Virus record (IMG/VR): IMGVR_UViG_3300014202_001563
Location: 1 to 39,249 of that record
Direction: 5' to 3' (one strand)
Length of the DNA stretch: 39,249 nucleotides
Source: a virus
Lineage: Duplodnaviria; Caudoviricetes
In this document: positions 11,301-17,951 of the stretch, piece by piece
How the letters are laid out: each line of letters begins with the position of its first letter
Position numbering within the stretch: position 1 is the first letter of the stretch
Made by a program: the position numbers and the translations under genes
The notes under the pieces: generated by a model
The model's input: the letters and a program-made list of their open reading frames with translations, nothing else
Told to the model about the DNA's origin: nothing
Database searches by the model: none

Positions 11301-14300
11301 TTGCTTTTGCTTTCCAGCAGTTCCCTCTTTTCCTGTTCCGGCATTTCCGCTATCATCTTCGGATTTACCAGTTTCCAGTTCTCCAGGAGCATTGTCTTGA
11401 TCTTCCCTTTTGAGTTTACTTGTGTCGGTAACATCTTCTTTACTCTCTTTCTGTGCTGTAATATCGTCATTTTTTTCAGCTTTTTCAATAGCGGCATTGG
11501 TTATTTCCGATATGTCAAAATCCTTAACATATCCAAAATCATCCATTTTTGAGGATATTTCATCCTCTGTACTTGTCTTGTATGCATTGTAACCCATCTT
11601 AAGTGGATTGAACAATACCTTAAAATTATCCTCACCGAATTTCCGGTAAACATCTTCAAGCATTTGCTTGAAATTATAATAACCTTTTTCGATATACTTA
11701 CCTATCAACTGAACAGAGATTGTTAAAGCCTCCGGATCTATACCGGCTGATAGTTTTCCCCTGGTTAAATTCAGCAGCTTGTTTCCCAGATCCTCAATAT
11801 CTTTATCGATCTGATCAATTTTTGTATTCTTACCGGCATTTCTTTCTGCAAGTTCCTCACGTGTTAAAAAATCTGGTTGAATATCCGATATATTTGTAGC
11901 AATTTGAACACCGCTTTTTGATGGAATTACAGTAACTCTTTGAGTAAATTTTATATTATTTTTTCCTACATAGTAACGAACACCTTTTTGATCTTCCCAA
12001 ACATAATTACCATCTTCATTTATACCTAAAGGTTTATCTGTAACATACCCAGGCTGCTTTTTATCATCTGGCCTTACTGTAACTTTGGTTTCATGAATAA
12101 CTTCCTTTATTTCCTTGATCTTTTGTTCAGCTGCCGATATATCTTTTTTTGTTTCCTCCGAAATTTCCGGTTTAACTTTTTTACCTGGTTTTTTCTTAAC
12201 CGGTTTTTTTGCCGGTTCAACTTTGCTCCAGGTTTCAAGAAAACGGCTTTCATTCACATAGCCGCCATCTTCAAAATATACCTTACCGCTTTCGATCCTG
12301 GTTACTACACCATTACGATCATCACTAAACTCATGCTGGTAAGTAGCCCCTATTTCAATCTTCTGTTTAGGCTGCTTTTTAACTTTTTTCTTTTGATCAG
12401 CAGTTCCATAAGTTTGCTCATACCTATCAAGATGTTCATTAACAGTATCATTAATTTTTTTAACAGATTCACCGTTATTGATCTCATCAAAAATATCATC
12501 ACTGATCATTGATAGATCACTTTCCGGTATATTAATCTTACGTTTCTTTGCCTTATCCCAAATGATCCCGGCTATTTCCTCACCAAATTCAGCAGCTTTA
12601 GTATCAAGATCCGATCTTGACTGCTTAATTTCACCCTGTAATGCGGCTATTTGTTTCTTTAAATCTGCCTTAGTTTCCCTGGCTTTTTTGGTACTTCCCT
12701 TTACATTCTTTATATCTGCCCTTAACCTGCTTGTTATGTTTTCAGCACGTTTAATTTTATCCTCCAGCTTTGCCGATACCTGGTTCCATAGATCCGAAAA
12801 TTCCACATTTGTCCTATCAAAGAACTGGCCGGCATCAAAGTACTCACTTTCCGGATCGCTTGTATCTTGATTTTCCTCACTAATTTCAGTATCTTTGTAT
12901 ATGACATCAGAACTAACATCATTCGCATCAGAGGATAAATCATCAGGTAGATTTACAGTGTTTTCAGCTGCACTTGGAGAGTTCTTCATTAAATCCGGAG
13001 ATTCCTGGGTTAAAGATGTTCCATCACCGGATGATCTTAATGATAACTTCTCACGTGTCAATGATCCTAAATTATCTGCCAAACTCATAAAAGAGGCCGA
13101 AAACTCCGCTTCTGTCTGATTAACCCTCTTTAAATATTTCTGGAAAGCCTTATTATAAATCTTATTACTTTTTTGTAACGCTTTAGCATACTTCACCTGG
13201 TTAGCTTTCAGGTACTCCGGAGTTGCATTCCTCCATAGTTCAAATGCCTTATGGTTGATCTTCTTGGCTGCCTCAAGTTCTTTTATTGGTAAGTAATATT
13301 CCACCAGCTGCCCGTTAGCCATCTTAAGATCAAAACCTACAAACCTCCAGCCCCACTCTTTTGGAGTGAGCATTTTTTCAGTATCAACCTTTACAATTTC
13401 TAAACCTTTTTCATTTATCTTATCATATACATCCCTCAACTGATCAGTATTATCAATCACCGTTTTAAACCTGAAACTATCCCGAACATGTTCAACATCA
13501 TGCCACTGTTTTTGTGATTTGATAGATGGCCTGTTAGCCTTTTCAATGATCTTTTCCGGATCTTTATAACTGAACTTACTTGATGTTCCCAGATCAGCAT
13601 CAACCTCTTTGATGAACTCACTTACAACAGGTTCATTTTCAGCAGATAACTTCTGTAACTGCTGTACTTTTTCCTCCTGGCTTGCCTTGGGATCAATTGG
13701 ATTCATAATAAGGCTTTCCGGATCTGCCTCAACTTCGATCTTCTCACTGGGTTTTATTTCCTCAACAGGCTTATCTGTGCCGGTTTCCTGTTCCTGTGGA
13801 GCGCCTGTGAGCTTGTCTATGCCGCTTTTTACACCCACACCCATCACATTAGCCATTCCACCCAGTAACATGCCCTGTAAACCGCCTGTAATAGCCTCAT
13901 CCATTGCATCACGGCTATCATCATAGGTATTCCTGGCAACTAAGCCACTGGCTAAATTCTGCCCGAATTCCTGTAAACCCTCCTCAAATGATCCCTCTAT
14001 GCCGCCTTTCAGCAGCCGGGTTATTCCGTTTCCGGATACCTTATTGATACGATCCAAAGTTCTGCCAATTGGCAATCCCTCTGTCATACCTACCGGTATA
14101 TTTGCCAGGAAGATATGAAATGCTAATTGTTCATCACCGGTTTTTTCATACGCTGCGTTAAATTCACTTTGCCCCTGTACTACCGATCCGAATAACATAG
14201 GCATGATCTTGCTGTTCAAACCCAGTACATTACCGGTTAAACTTGTCAAATAAAATGCTGCCAAACTTCCGGCCCCACGTGAAAGACCTACATCAAAATT

Positions 14301-15053
14301 TTCCTCCACAAACGGATTAACCGGCAACTTTTCAGTTACACCCTTATCAAGCCTTTCACCGGTTTTATAAAATGGCCTGTCCTCCAGCTTTGTATCACCC
14401 ATCATAAGGCCGTATAGTGATGGCATTGGAAAATTCTTATTCCATACATCAATCGATTTCAACGGTTCAATTACAAGTGTTTGTGCGAAACTCTGTAATA
14501 ATCCATTGGCATAATCTTTTATATTCGCATGTACATCCTGTTTCCTGTAATCCTGTATTACTTTCGGAACTGGTAAACCTACCTTTACAGCCCAATCAAC
14601 TGCATCATTCTGTTTTTTTCTTTCATCCTGTTGCTTTTTTACCTCCGGATCAATTATATCAATTGTCTGCCGGTTCCTGTTTGTGCGTTTATTTCTGCTT
14701 AAAAACTCCTGGAATGAAACATCTTTATCCAGGTTTATATTCGGATAGATCATAGAATCTATCCCGGATTTTGCCTCAACCATCTTTGATGTAGGTACTA
14801 ATGTTTGCAGCCCTGGAGCGATCTTAGGATCACTCTGTTCATATTCCGGGTAAACAGTTGTACCATTTACGGATTTAGCTATTTTACTCTCAAAATTCTT
14901 TGGAGCTAAATTAAGTTGTAAAGGATTCCCTTGCAGCAATTCTTCAATCGATACCGGCTCTTTTTCCTTTTTTAAAAGATTTTCCTTTGCAACACTCTCT
15001 ATCCTCGAAAAATCTCTTTTATACTTTTTCCATTTCTTTATATCACTTCCCAA
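2343..15053 (-). CDS. Giant polyvalent DarB-like internal virion/ejection protein (RelA/SpoT-like NTase, N6-adenine MTase, SNF2-type SF2 helicase, zincin peptidase, LPD38-like C-terminus)
   Basis: 4236 aa; KDPEKIIEK/VRDSFRF/GWR..VEYYL; VEPSSGIG and SNVPFG; HVVGAGKT, VDEAD, ATGTP, MGAGVNIQ, EQREGR; HETAH; PYFSA..IRIRIPEQ; TTG start 1 nt after upstream stop. Confidence 0.88.
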   Translation of the reverse strand: MGSDIKKWKKYKRDFSRIESVAKENLLKKEKEPVSIEELLQGNPLQLNLAPKNFESKIAKSVNGTTVYPEYEQSDPKIAPGLQTLVPTSKMVEAKSGIDSMIYPNINLDKDVSFQEFLSRNKRTNRNRQTIDIIDPEVKKQQDERKKQNDAVDWAVKVGLPVPKVIQDYRKQDVHANIKDYANGLLQSFAQTLVIEPLKSIDVWNKNFPMPSLYGLMMGDTKLEDRPFYKTGERLDKGVTEKLPVNPFVEENFDVGLSRGAGSLAAFYLTSLTGNVLGLNSKIMPMLFGSVVQGQSEFNAAYEKTGDEQLAFHIFLANIPVGMTEGLPIGRTLDRINKVSGNGITRLLKGGIEGSFEEGLQEFGQNLASGLVARNTYDDSRDAMDEAITGGLQGMLLGGMANVMGVGVKSGIDKLTGAPQEQETGTDKPVEEIKPSEKIEVEADPESLIMNPIDPKASQEEKVQQLQKLSAENEPVVSEFIKEVDADLGTSSKFSYKDPEKIIEKANRPSIKSQKQWHDVEHVRDSFRFKTVIDNTDQLRDVYDKINEKGLEIVKVDTEKMLTPKEWGWRFVGFDLKMANGQLVEYYLPIKELEAAKKINHKAFELWRNATPEYLKANQVKYAKALQKSNKIYNKAFQKYLKRVNQTEAEFSASFMSLADNLGSLTREKLSLRSSGDGTSLTQESPDLMKNSPSAAENTVNLPDDLSSDANDVSSDVIYKDTEISEENQDTSDPESEYFDAGQFFDRTNVEFSDLWNQVSAKLEDKIKRAENITSRLRADIKNVKGSTKKARETKADLKKQIAALQGEIKQSRSDLDTKAAEFGEEIAGIIWDKAKKRKINIPESDLSMISDDIFDEINNGESVKKINDTVNEHLDRYEQTYGTADQKKKVKKQPKQKIEIGATYQHEFSDDRNGVVTRIESGKVYFEDGGYVNESRFLETWSKVEPAKKPVKKKPGKKVKPEISEETKKDISAAEQKIKEIKEVIHETKVTVRPDDKKQPGYVTDKPLGINEDGNYVWEDQKGVRYYVGKNNIKFTQRVTVIPSKSGVQIATNISDIQPDFLTREELAERNAGKNTKIDQIDKDIEDLGNKLLNLTRGKLSAGIDPEALTISVQLIGKYIEKGYYNFKQMLEDVYRKFGEDNFKVLFNPLKMGYNAYKTSTEDEISSKMDDFGYVKDFDISEITNAAIEKAEKNDDITAQKESKEDVTDTSKLKREDQDNAPGELETGKSEDDSGNAGTGKEGTAGKQKQADPGGDGSGNETNDTERNKRNNGRPISDGTGDERSLVKGSGNYRITNDADIVDEKFSPTKKADDNIRAIETLKKIQSDFRSASQVTQAEKDILVKYVGWGGIPDIFDERKKNWAKRYKQLKELLSEADYRSAKGSVLNAHFTHPAIIRGMWNAIQKFGFTGGNIVEPSSGIGHFIGTSPQSIHDNSKFTAVEIDNLTGQIGKYLYSDSDYLIQGFEDVPIMDESVDLFISNVPFGDYAITDIDYKEKFKTSRIHNYFFVKAIDKVKQGGIVAFITSKGTMDSLNSEVRQYLNSQAALVGAIRLPNDTFLQNANTSVATDIIFLRKKFDNEKTVNATRVSKDYYTYDKGFKKVKGTPLSEAIAGFEDYDLFYTESENGNFRIYDGVTGKSITLGIKRENFDAVKKQWNEVTGNIRTKLRVMYEKMGDEILYSPRYIKNNEWIKTEKQTFQGKDEPAAVNINTYFVNHPEMVAGKMEIGDGLYSNNELIVTPTSDNLEQQLSEIIDRHLPKGIFQAEKSETTDIYDKLMLENPATKELPDGAFVIIDGVVYRKINEFKEDGKTVQSLRKINVKGTALDRIKGMISINDAARDLIRTENESADDSMMQKEMKSFNKMYDKFVKEFGFLNDRKNINMLKDKEYGEDPNLAFLKALEIYDEDKKTYTKSDIFNKRVSFPVKKIDKADNSLEALTISLNEFGNINLERIAELTGKTTDEAVQDLRGIIFKDPESGEFQTGDEYLSGNVKKKLELAEEKAKNEPEYIDNVDALIKVQPADLVAAEIDVSLGSNWIPVEDYQEFADMIIDRKGVIKIGYSQALNNWKADYPDMYGYGNTSSNNSEWGTERVWGSDLLLMSLNHKTPKVYDTYYEGTEKKRVLNKKDTAVAQEKQQKIKTRFKEWIWENEDRKKRLVDHYNKHFNNLKVRTFDGKHLTLEAANHEVADRLFPHVRDAAFRITQQRDVLLAHVVGAGKTWTMVTAAMELRRLGVAKKPMFVVPNSLVSQFSKEFLLLYPNAKLLTITKDDFKKEKRNIFMSRIATGDWDSIIVSHSTFKMLPVTNATFNQHIEEQLAILEAALIEAQNETDSRNSVKRIVAAIKKLEEKLRSIDRGIKRDKTIYYEDLGVDQLFVDEADLYKNLFFATKITNMPGIANTYSDRAMDLYIKTNYLRSKYGKGIVFATGTPVSNSLAEMFTMQRYLQPQLLKEYGIEHFDNWVHDFGETETKYEVDVLGSGFQVKTRMAKFMNIPELMNVFRLVADIKTAEQLNLPRPKLKGGKPTVVKIKPSPELERYIKVSLSERMEAVKSRDVDPRDDNMLKITNDGRKASIDMRLIDPTMPDDPGSKVNEAVKNMYSIWEKTKKEKSTQLMFLDLSTYKKGQFNLYDEMRNKLVEMGIPKNEIAFHQEFDTDIGKLKLYDAVNAGTIRIVFGSTERMGAGVNIQKRLIALHHLDAAWRPRDIEQREGRILRQGNSNAEVEIFRYITEGSFDAYMWQLLENKARFIGQIMTGDTNIRKAEDIDGRHLSYAEAKALATGNPLVLEKFKVADRLYKLNALRQDHNKLVDKAKHILATYPGRIVNLQDEIKRANKDRKKIPGDVKSIAKHVEDHPLKVQGKDYDKLKEFDAAVADEIKKFFAEVRSEGIERTIGDFLGYDINVRMVKDFWASRSADAQKWAVEVSLKGEDSYPVVDVKQDSASNYEYYSRMFNAVTTRLDHTVEANERLIVESKRELDKSGDLAKKTFDNEAEYNELSVKAIEIDNELGIGEQSEQDIDDSDEAEDSKNIAELGLKNRTHGYNSLSHQDRKSMMELAKDPNRVLSGIKPGEFLVSDRIKAVLQDIGVLSRERGLLKKFAGKFNKISQLIRVNALYDIVAAAHETAHFIDDTYQIVDEIKMNNDKSIINELQDLYLMYYPDAKQGDNKKLQIIEGIATFIHEYFQNPAGMVNAYPELVREFINPNGQYYKKEFTMLLEGLNEIVDDFAQLTPDERVGARIRDGKEVVHRDTGFNWWQKLIYQMQNANEPLERVAEHAGVRNSIHDPSVFGYARGLKNHFMAQWIKGDKMILLDQRGNITELEGSVSSYLKLIEGKEKQFSRYLVMRRVSAEFDQMFKLENELNKLKKEIEKYDKDDPEAKELQFEINQLQRDYDEVESRIRNNDFSLQDAQAVTSEFEDQFTEAAGIYDRVNRALTEFMFKTGLIKPEIAEAFNKKDNYTAFYRFVNDELNTGSLNVSQNSLSKVRSLRKYTGSRLDIIDPVYNQITAITETIGKGLENLTWLKLWELSEKHYQVAQRFENVPTFSVMNEQTGKIEYPQDKDSSLMRVFVDGEKLYFRLAPELKAIKENFRSEEMSLLVKVLTLPSKLFTRMTTSANPIWAMGNLTIDQVTASIQSETGFKPGVSAAKSFVDWLSRDALWKKYNYIGGKRSTFANSMRDKSPADLKQELIGDTFTGKAMKAVDAGLSILEMPSNLSELFTRFAEFRRAKEQGMSDLEALYLANEVSVPFNKRGHWWGHDKLILGSLPYFSATINALAKFGSTAQKHPVRTGTWTAAILVSAFTNAIATMIAGSDDQKRQLSEMPVKELTRAIYIPEPSGQGFIRIRIPEQIGSISGLAYLFVISHYGNNQTSFKEYAEVATSWIPDQFNVSDPVKLLISWTPKMIRPTFETAANVRTYPEIAPIVPQYLMDKAPEMQYTEYTSNVSRFIGKVLKLSPMKVEYWLSNQFGGLGGLIMRTASNYRPSLPIYRWEKDYIMKGRSYRNFYDSYNAVKQQFSRLKESGDSFSVEEKKQIIEQKILYDETNETLSGLRKLLNEKKNLPEHIKEQAYRLMLEFDKNSDNTNLTLRLTDLNKKTRQLLDESNIKTPSRLRFSQDVLNDKVNKQMELMGGKTTNKDLGFESKLNRINDVLIENGIYAYKPSDKERKSNKIDQQRVKRYLGGGYVELESKTGKKYKKWVNGRIQILENSVKNKKLSKKKADELKKKIKGAWKELQEVK

Positions 15054-15054
15054 T

Positions 15055-16368
15055 TTATCTGTTTCCTTTCATGTATGATCCTATTGTGTCCCTTACTTCC
15101 TTAATTACCTCCGGAGCGAAACCATTTGCCTCAAGATCCTGGATGTAGCTTTCAAGTTCTTCCATCATTTGATCCGCTGTAAGTGTATTGCTCTCCCATA
15201 GTTTTTGGTAATAAATTAAGTCATTGGCAACAGCCTCTTTCTGTTCATTCCAATCATCTTTATTAGCTGCCCAGTTATCATGTTTCCCTCTGATCTTGTT
15301 TTCAGCGTTTCTTACATCAGCCCAAAGACCGGAGCTAACATCACCCTCCTCATCAGCATCATCCAGATTGCCCTCAAAATCACCATGTAAACCGCTTTCT
15401 TTATCCGATCCGGTTTTTTTCCTGGGGCCGGAGCTATATCTGCGGCTGCCGGTTCTTCTGCTGCCGGTTTTTTTTGTATCCTCCAGCAATGAGGCCTCAT
15501 AATCTTTTATTTCCTGATCAGTCAATCCACGTACCTTTTTAACTGTCCAGCCGCTTTCATCAGCGAAATTTGTTGCATAGTAATAAGTCCCATCCTCACC
15601 TTTTTCTACCCACCAGTTTTTTGGATTATTCCAGTGATCTTTCATAACATTTTTATTGCTATCACCAAAATCATCCATTTTAACCATGTTACCTTTTTCA
15701 TCAAAGTAATAGATCTTGTTATTGCTTATTACCGGTTTTAATTTCTGCTTTTCTTCCTTAGTTAAAGCTAAATTACTGCCCTGCTTTAAAAACTGCTGTG
15801 ATAACTTATTACCCAGGCTGCCGGAACTGTTCAGGTTCATTTCATTACCTAATAAGAAATCAAGTAATTTTTTGTTTTGCCCCTCAATATCCTTATCCCT
15901 GTATTTCCCGAATAACTCCATTTCATCCAGTGTAAACCCGGCTTTCTTGAATACAGCCTCATCATACACTTTCGGATCATAAGGTAACTCCTGGCTCGAA
16001 AGATAATTGTTGTAATCCGGAGAGTTCACTTTCAAAAAACTATCAAGCTCACCATCATTAACGATCCCTTTATTCAACTCCAGGTATTTCAGGTATGCCG
16101 GATCATTCTGCAATTCCGGTTTAGTCTTATCCAGTATTGATGTAGTGAACAGCCCGGAAACCTCACTATCTTCAAGTTCATTCAAGTCATATTTTTTCGC
16201 AAGTAATTTATACTTATCATAATTATCCTGTTCCTGTTTATAGCCCTCCATTTCATTCAATAAATCTCCATACCGATCCTTGACAATAATGTTATCCATA
16301 CTGCCGTATATTGATTTAAACTCATCCTGGTGTTTCTCTAAATATCTCTCAAATGGTGTTTTGTTCAT
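15055..16368 (-). CDS. Putative ejection (internal virion) protein
   Basis: 437 aa charged helical protein between small pilot-like gene and giant gene; low-complexity KKTGSRRTGSRR linker. Confidence 0.55.
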   Translation of the reverse strand: MNKTPFERYLEKHQDEFKSIYGSMDNIIVKDRYGDLLNEMEGYKQEQDNYDKYKLLAKKYDLNELEDSEVSGLFTTSILDKTKPELQNDPAYLKYLELNKGIVNDGELDSFLKVNSPDYNNYLSSQELPYDPKVYDEAVFKKAGFTLDEMELFGKYRDKDIEGQNKKLLDFLLGNEMNLNSSGSLGNKLSQQFLKQGSNLALTKEEKQKLKPVISNNKIYYFDEKGNMVKMDDFGDSNKNVMKDHWNNPKNWWVEKGEDGTYYYATNFADESGWTVKKVRGLTDQEIKDYEASLLEDTKKTGSRRTGSRRYSSGPRKKTGSDKESGLHGDFEGNLDDADEEGDVSSGLWADVRNAENKIRGKHDNWAANKDDWNEQKEAVANDLIYYQKLWESNTLTADQMMEELESYIQDLEANGFAPEVIKEVRDTIGSYMKGNR

Positions 16369-16380
16369 GTCCTCTAATGT

Positions 16381-16851
16381 TTAACCGGCTGATCCTCCCG
16401 GTACTTTTTTGAATAGATCCGCAAGGCTCATTCCACCGGCAAGGCCGGATGTTGCTCCACTGATGAATTTCATAATATCACTGTCCTCATCTTCCTGTCC
16501 CTCATTCAAACCGAAAAGATATTGTGCTATCTTATTACGCTCATTAGCTGCTGTCTTTTTGATCTGCTGTTCACCCTGCATTGTGGAATTTAAGATATCT
16601 TCCTCATTTGTGTATATACTGCCTGTGGCACTATAACCCTCTGAAGCTAATTTCTGGTTAGTATTCGATCTCCGATCCTTTTTCATGGCCTCACTGTACC
16701 TATGCAGATTTGAGATCTCGTTCTGTTCATCATAAGGCTTATATCCATACTTGATCAGATCATCTATGGTATAGGTTTTCTTTTCTTCACCACCCAGTAA
16801 ATTAGCAGCACCGCTTATTAAACTTGTAGCTGCCGGTAACATCCACCACAT
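16381..16851 (-). CDS. Putative small ejection/DNA pilot protein (P22 gp7-like architecture)
   Basis: G/A/S-rich hydrophobic ends (LPAATSLISGAANLLGG; ISGATSGLAGGMSL) flanking helical core; SD AAGGAGG upstream. Confidence 0.6.
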   Translation of the reverse strand: MWWMLPAATSLISGAANLLGGEEKKTYTIDDLIKYGYKPYDEQNEISNLHRYSEAMKKDRRSNTNQKLASEGYSATGSIYTNEEDILNSTMQGEQQIKKTAANERNKIAQYLFGLNEGQEDEDSDIMKFISGATSGLAGGMSLADLFKKVPGGSAG

Positions 16852-16882
16852 TGCAATACCCTCCTTTAGATAGGTTACTGGA

Positions 16883-17173
16883 TTACTTGGCTTTTATAGC
16901 CTTGTTGTTATAGAACTGGTTATAAAATTCGTTATATTTATCCAGGTTTTTACCAAATGGATTACCCTGCATTTCCTTGGATACCTTATCAAGCTCATCC
17001 CAGCCCGGCTGATTAACTGCATCAGTTTTGAACTTGGTTTTTAAAGATTCCCGGTTCTTCATTGCGTTATCACGCTTGGCTTTCAGCAGCATGTACTTGT
17101 CAAATGTATCCTTGGTAAATTCATTATCATCTACCAGATCATTCATCTTAAATGGAGTGTTGATCTTATTCAT
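16883..17173 (-). CDS. Hypothetical protein
   Basis: 96-aa ORF in operon, AAGGA and A-rich leader upstream. Confidence 0.6.
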   Translation of the reverse strand: MNKINTPFKMNDLVDDNEFTKDTFDKYMLLKAKRDNAMKNRESLKTKFKTDAVNQPGWDELDKVSKEMQGNPFGKNLDKYNEFYNQFYNNKAIKAK

Positions 17174-17217
17174 TTTGTGTTTTTCCTTTCCTGCGTTTAT
17201 GCAGAATTTATTTTAAA

Positions 17218-17463
17218 TTACCTATGTTTGTTTTTTAATTGATCTCTTTTTTCGATCTGGCTGAATTTCTCATCCCGGTATTTTTTAAATTCTTCACCCA
17301 GGATTTCCTCACAACCATAATTTATACTTGATGTTATCCATTCATTAACATCCATTCTGTTCAAATGTTTTGCAAAGATCTTACGCATATAGAGTGCAGT
17401 TGTCGTAACAACAGTAGTAATTATGGTAAGTAAAATTGTGTTTAAATACGATCCTAAATCCAC
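17218..17463 (-). CDS. Small single-pass membrane protein
   Basis: GTG start abutting upstream stop; ILLTIITTVVTTTALY segment. Confidence 0.6.
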   Translation of the reverse strand: MDLGSYLNTILLTIITTVVTTTALYMRKIFAKHLNRMDVNEWITSSINYGCEEILGEEFKKYRDEKFSQIEKRDQLKNKHR

Positions 17464-17691
17464 TTAAGCCTCCTCTGTGCCGGTTAATGAATAAACTTTA
17501 GTGCCGCTTTTCCAGAATATTTTATTACTGTATGTATATACAGTATTGTCCTCCATTGATGTAGCATCCTTGTTTGATAGGCTGTTACTGGCATTTTGCA
17601 CATTGCTTTGCTGGTTTGCCATTTCCTCAAGTTCAGATATTGCATCACGTAAATTAGGATCCTCAATACTGTATTTTTGTAAAATGCTCAT
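17464..17691 (-). CDS. Small putative tail protein
   Basis: 75 aa, ATGA-coupled, directly after nozzle genes. Confidence 0.5.
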   Translation of the reverse strand: MSILQKYSIEDPNLRDAISELEEMANQQSNVQNASNSLSNKDATSMEDNTVYTYSNKIFWKSGTKVYSLTGTEEA

Positions 17692-17951
17692 GGTTTTGTT
17701 AAAAATTTTGGAACTGCTTTAGCTGTAACTCTTATTTCATTTATGCTGGCACTTATGATACTGGCTGATGTTGCTGTATCTGATGATACCGATAACTTAT
17801 AAAAATTAACCGCTTTCCTTACTTTGCTTGTCCTGTAAAACTTCTTATTCAGTGTAGTTTCCAGTTTACCCTCAACTGTATCCACTAACAGATCACCGCT
17901 GCCGCTGTCATTTGATGAAACTTTGATCTTGATGTAAGTAGTATCTGCCAT
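17688..17951 (-). CDS. Probable separated C-terminal part of tail nozzle protein
   Basis: Beta-strand pattern resembling nozzle C-termini (FYKLSVSS..INEIRVTAK); TAATG overlap with 840-aa gene. Confidence 0.45.
   Translation of the reverse strand: MADTTYIKIKVSSNDSGSGDLLVDTVEGKLETTLNKKFYRTSKVRKAVNFYKLSVSSDTATSASIISASINEIRVTAKAVPKFLTKP

Noticed and set aside
2343-15053. Giant ORF as virion RNA polymerase (N4/crAss type) or intein-containing protein
   Set aside because: No DxDGD or T7-like polymerase motifs and no C...HN intein termini or LAGLIDADG motifs seen
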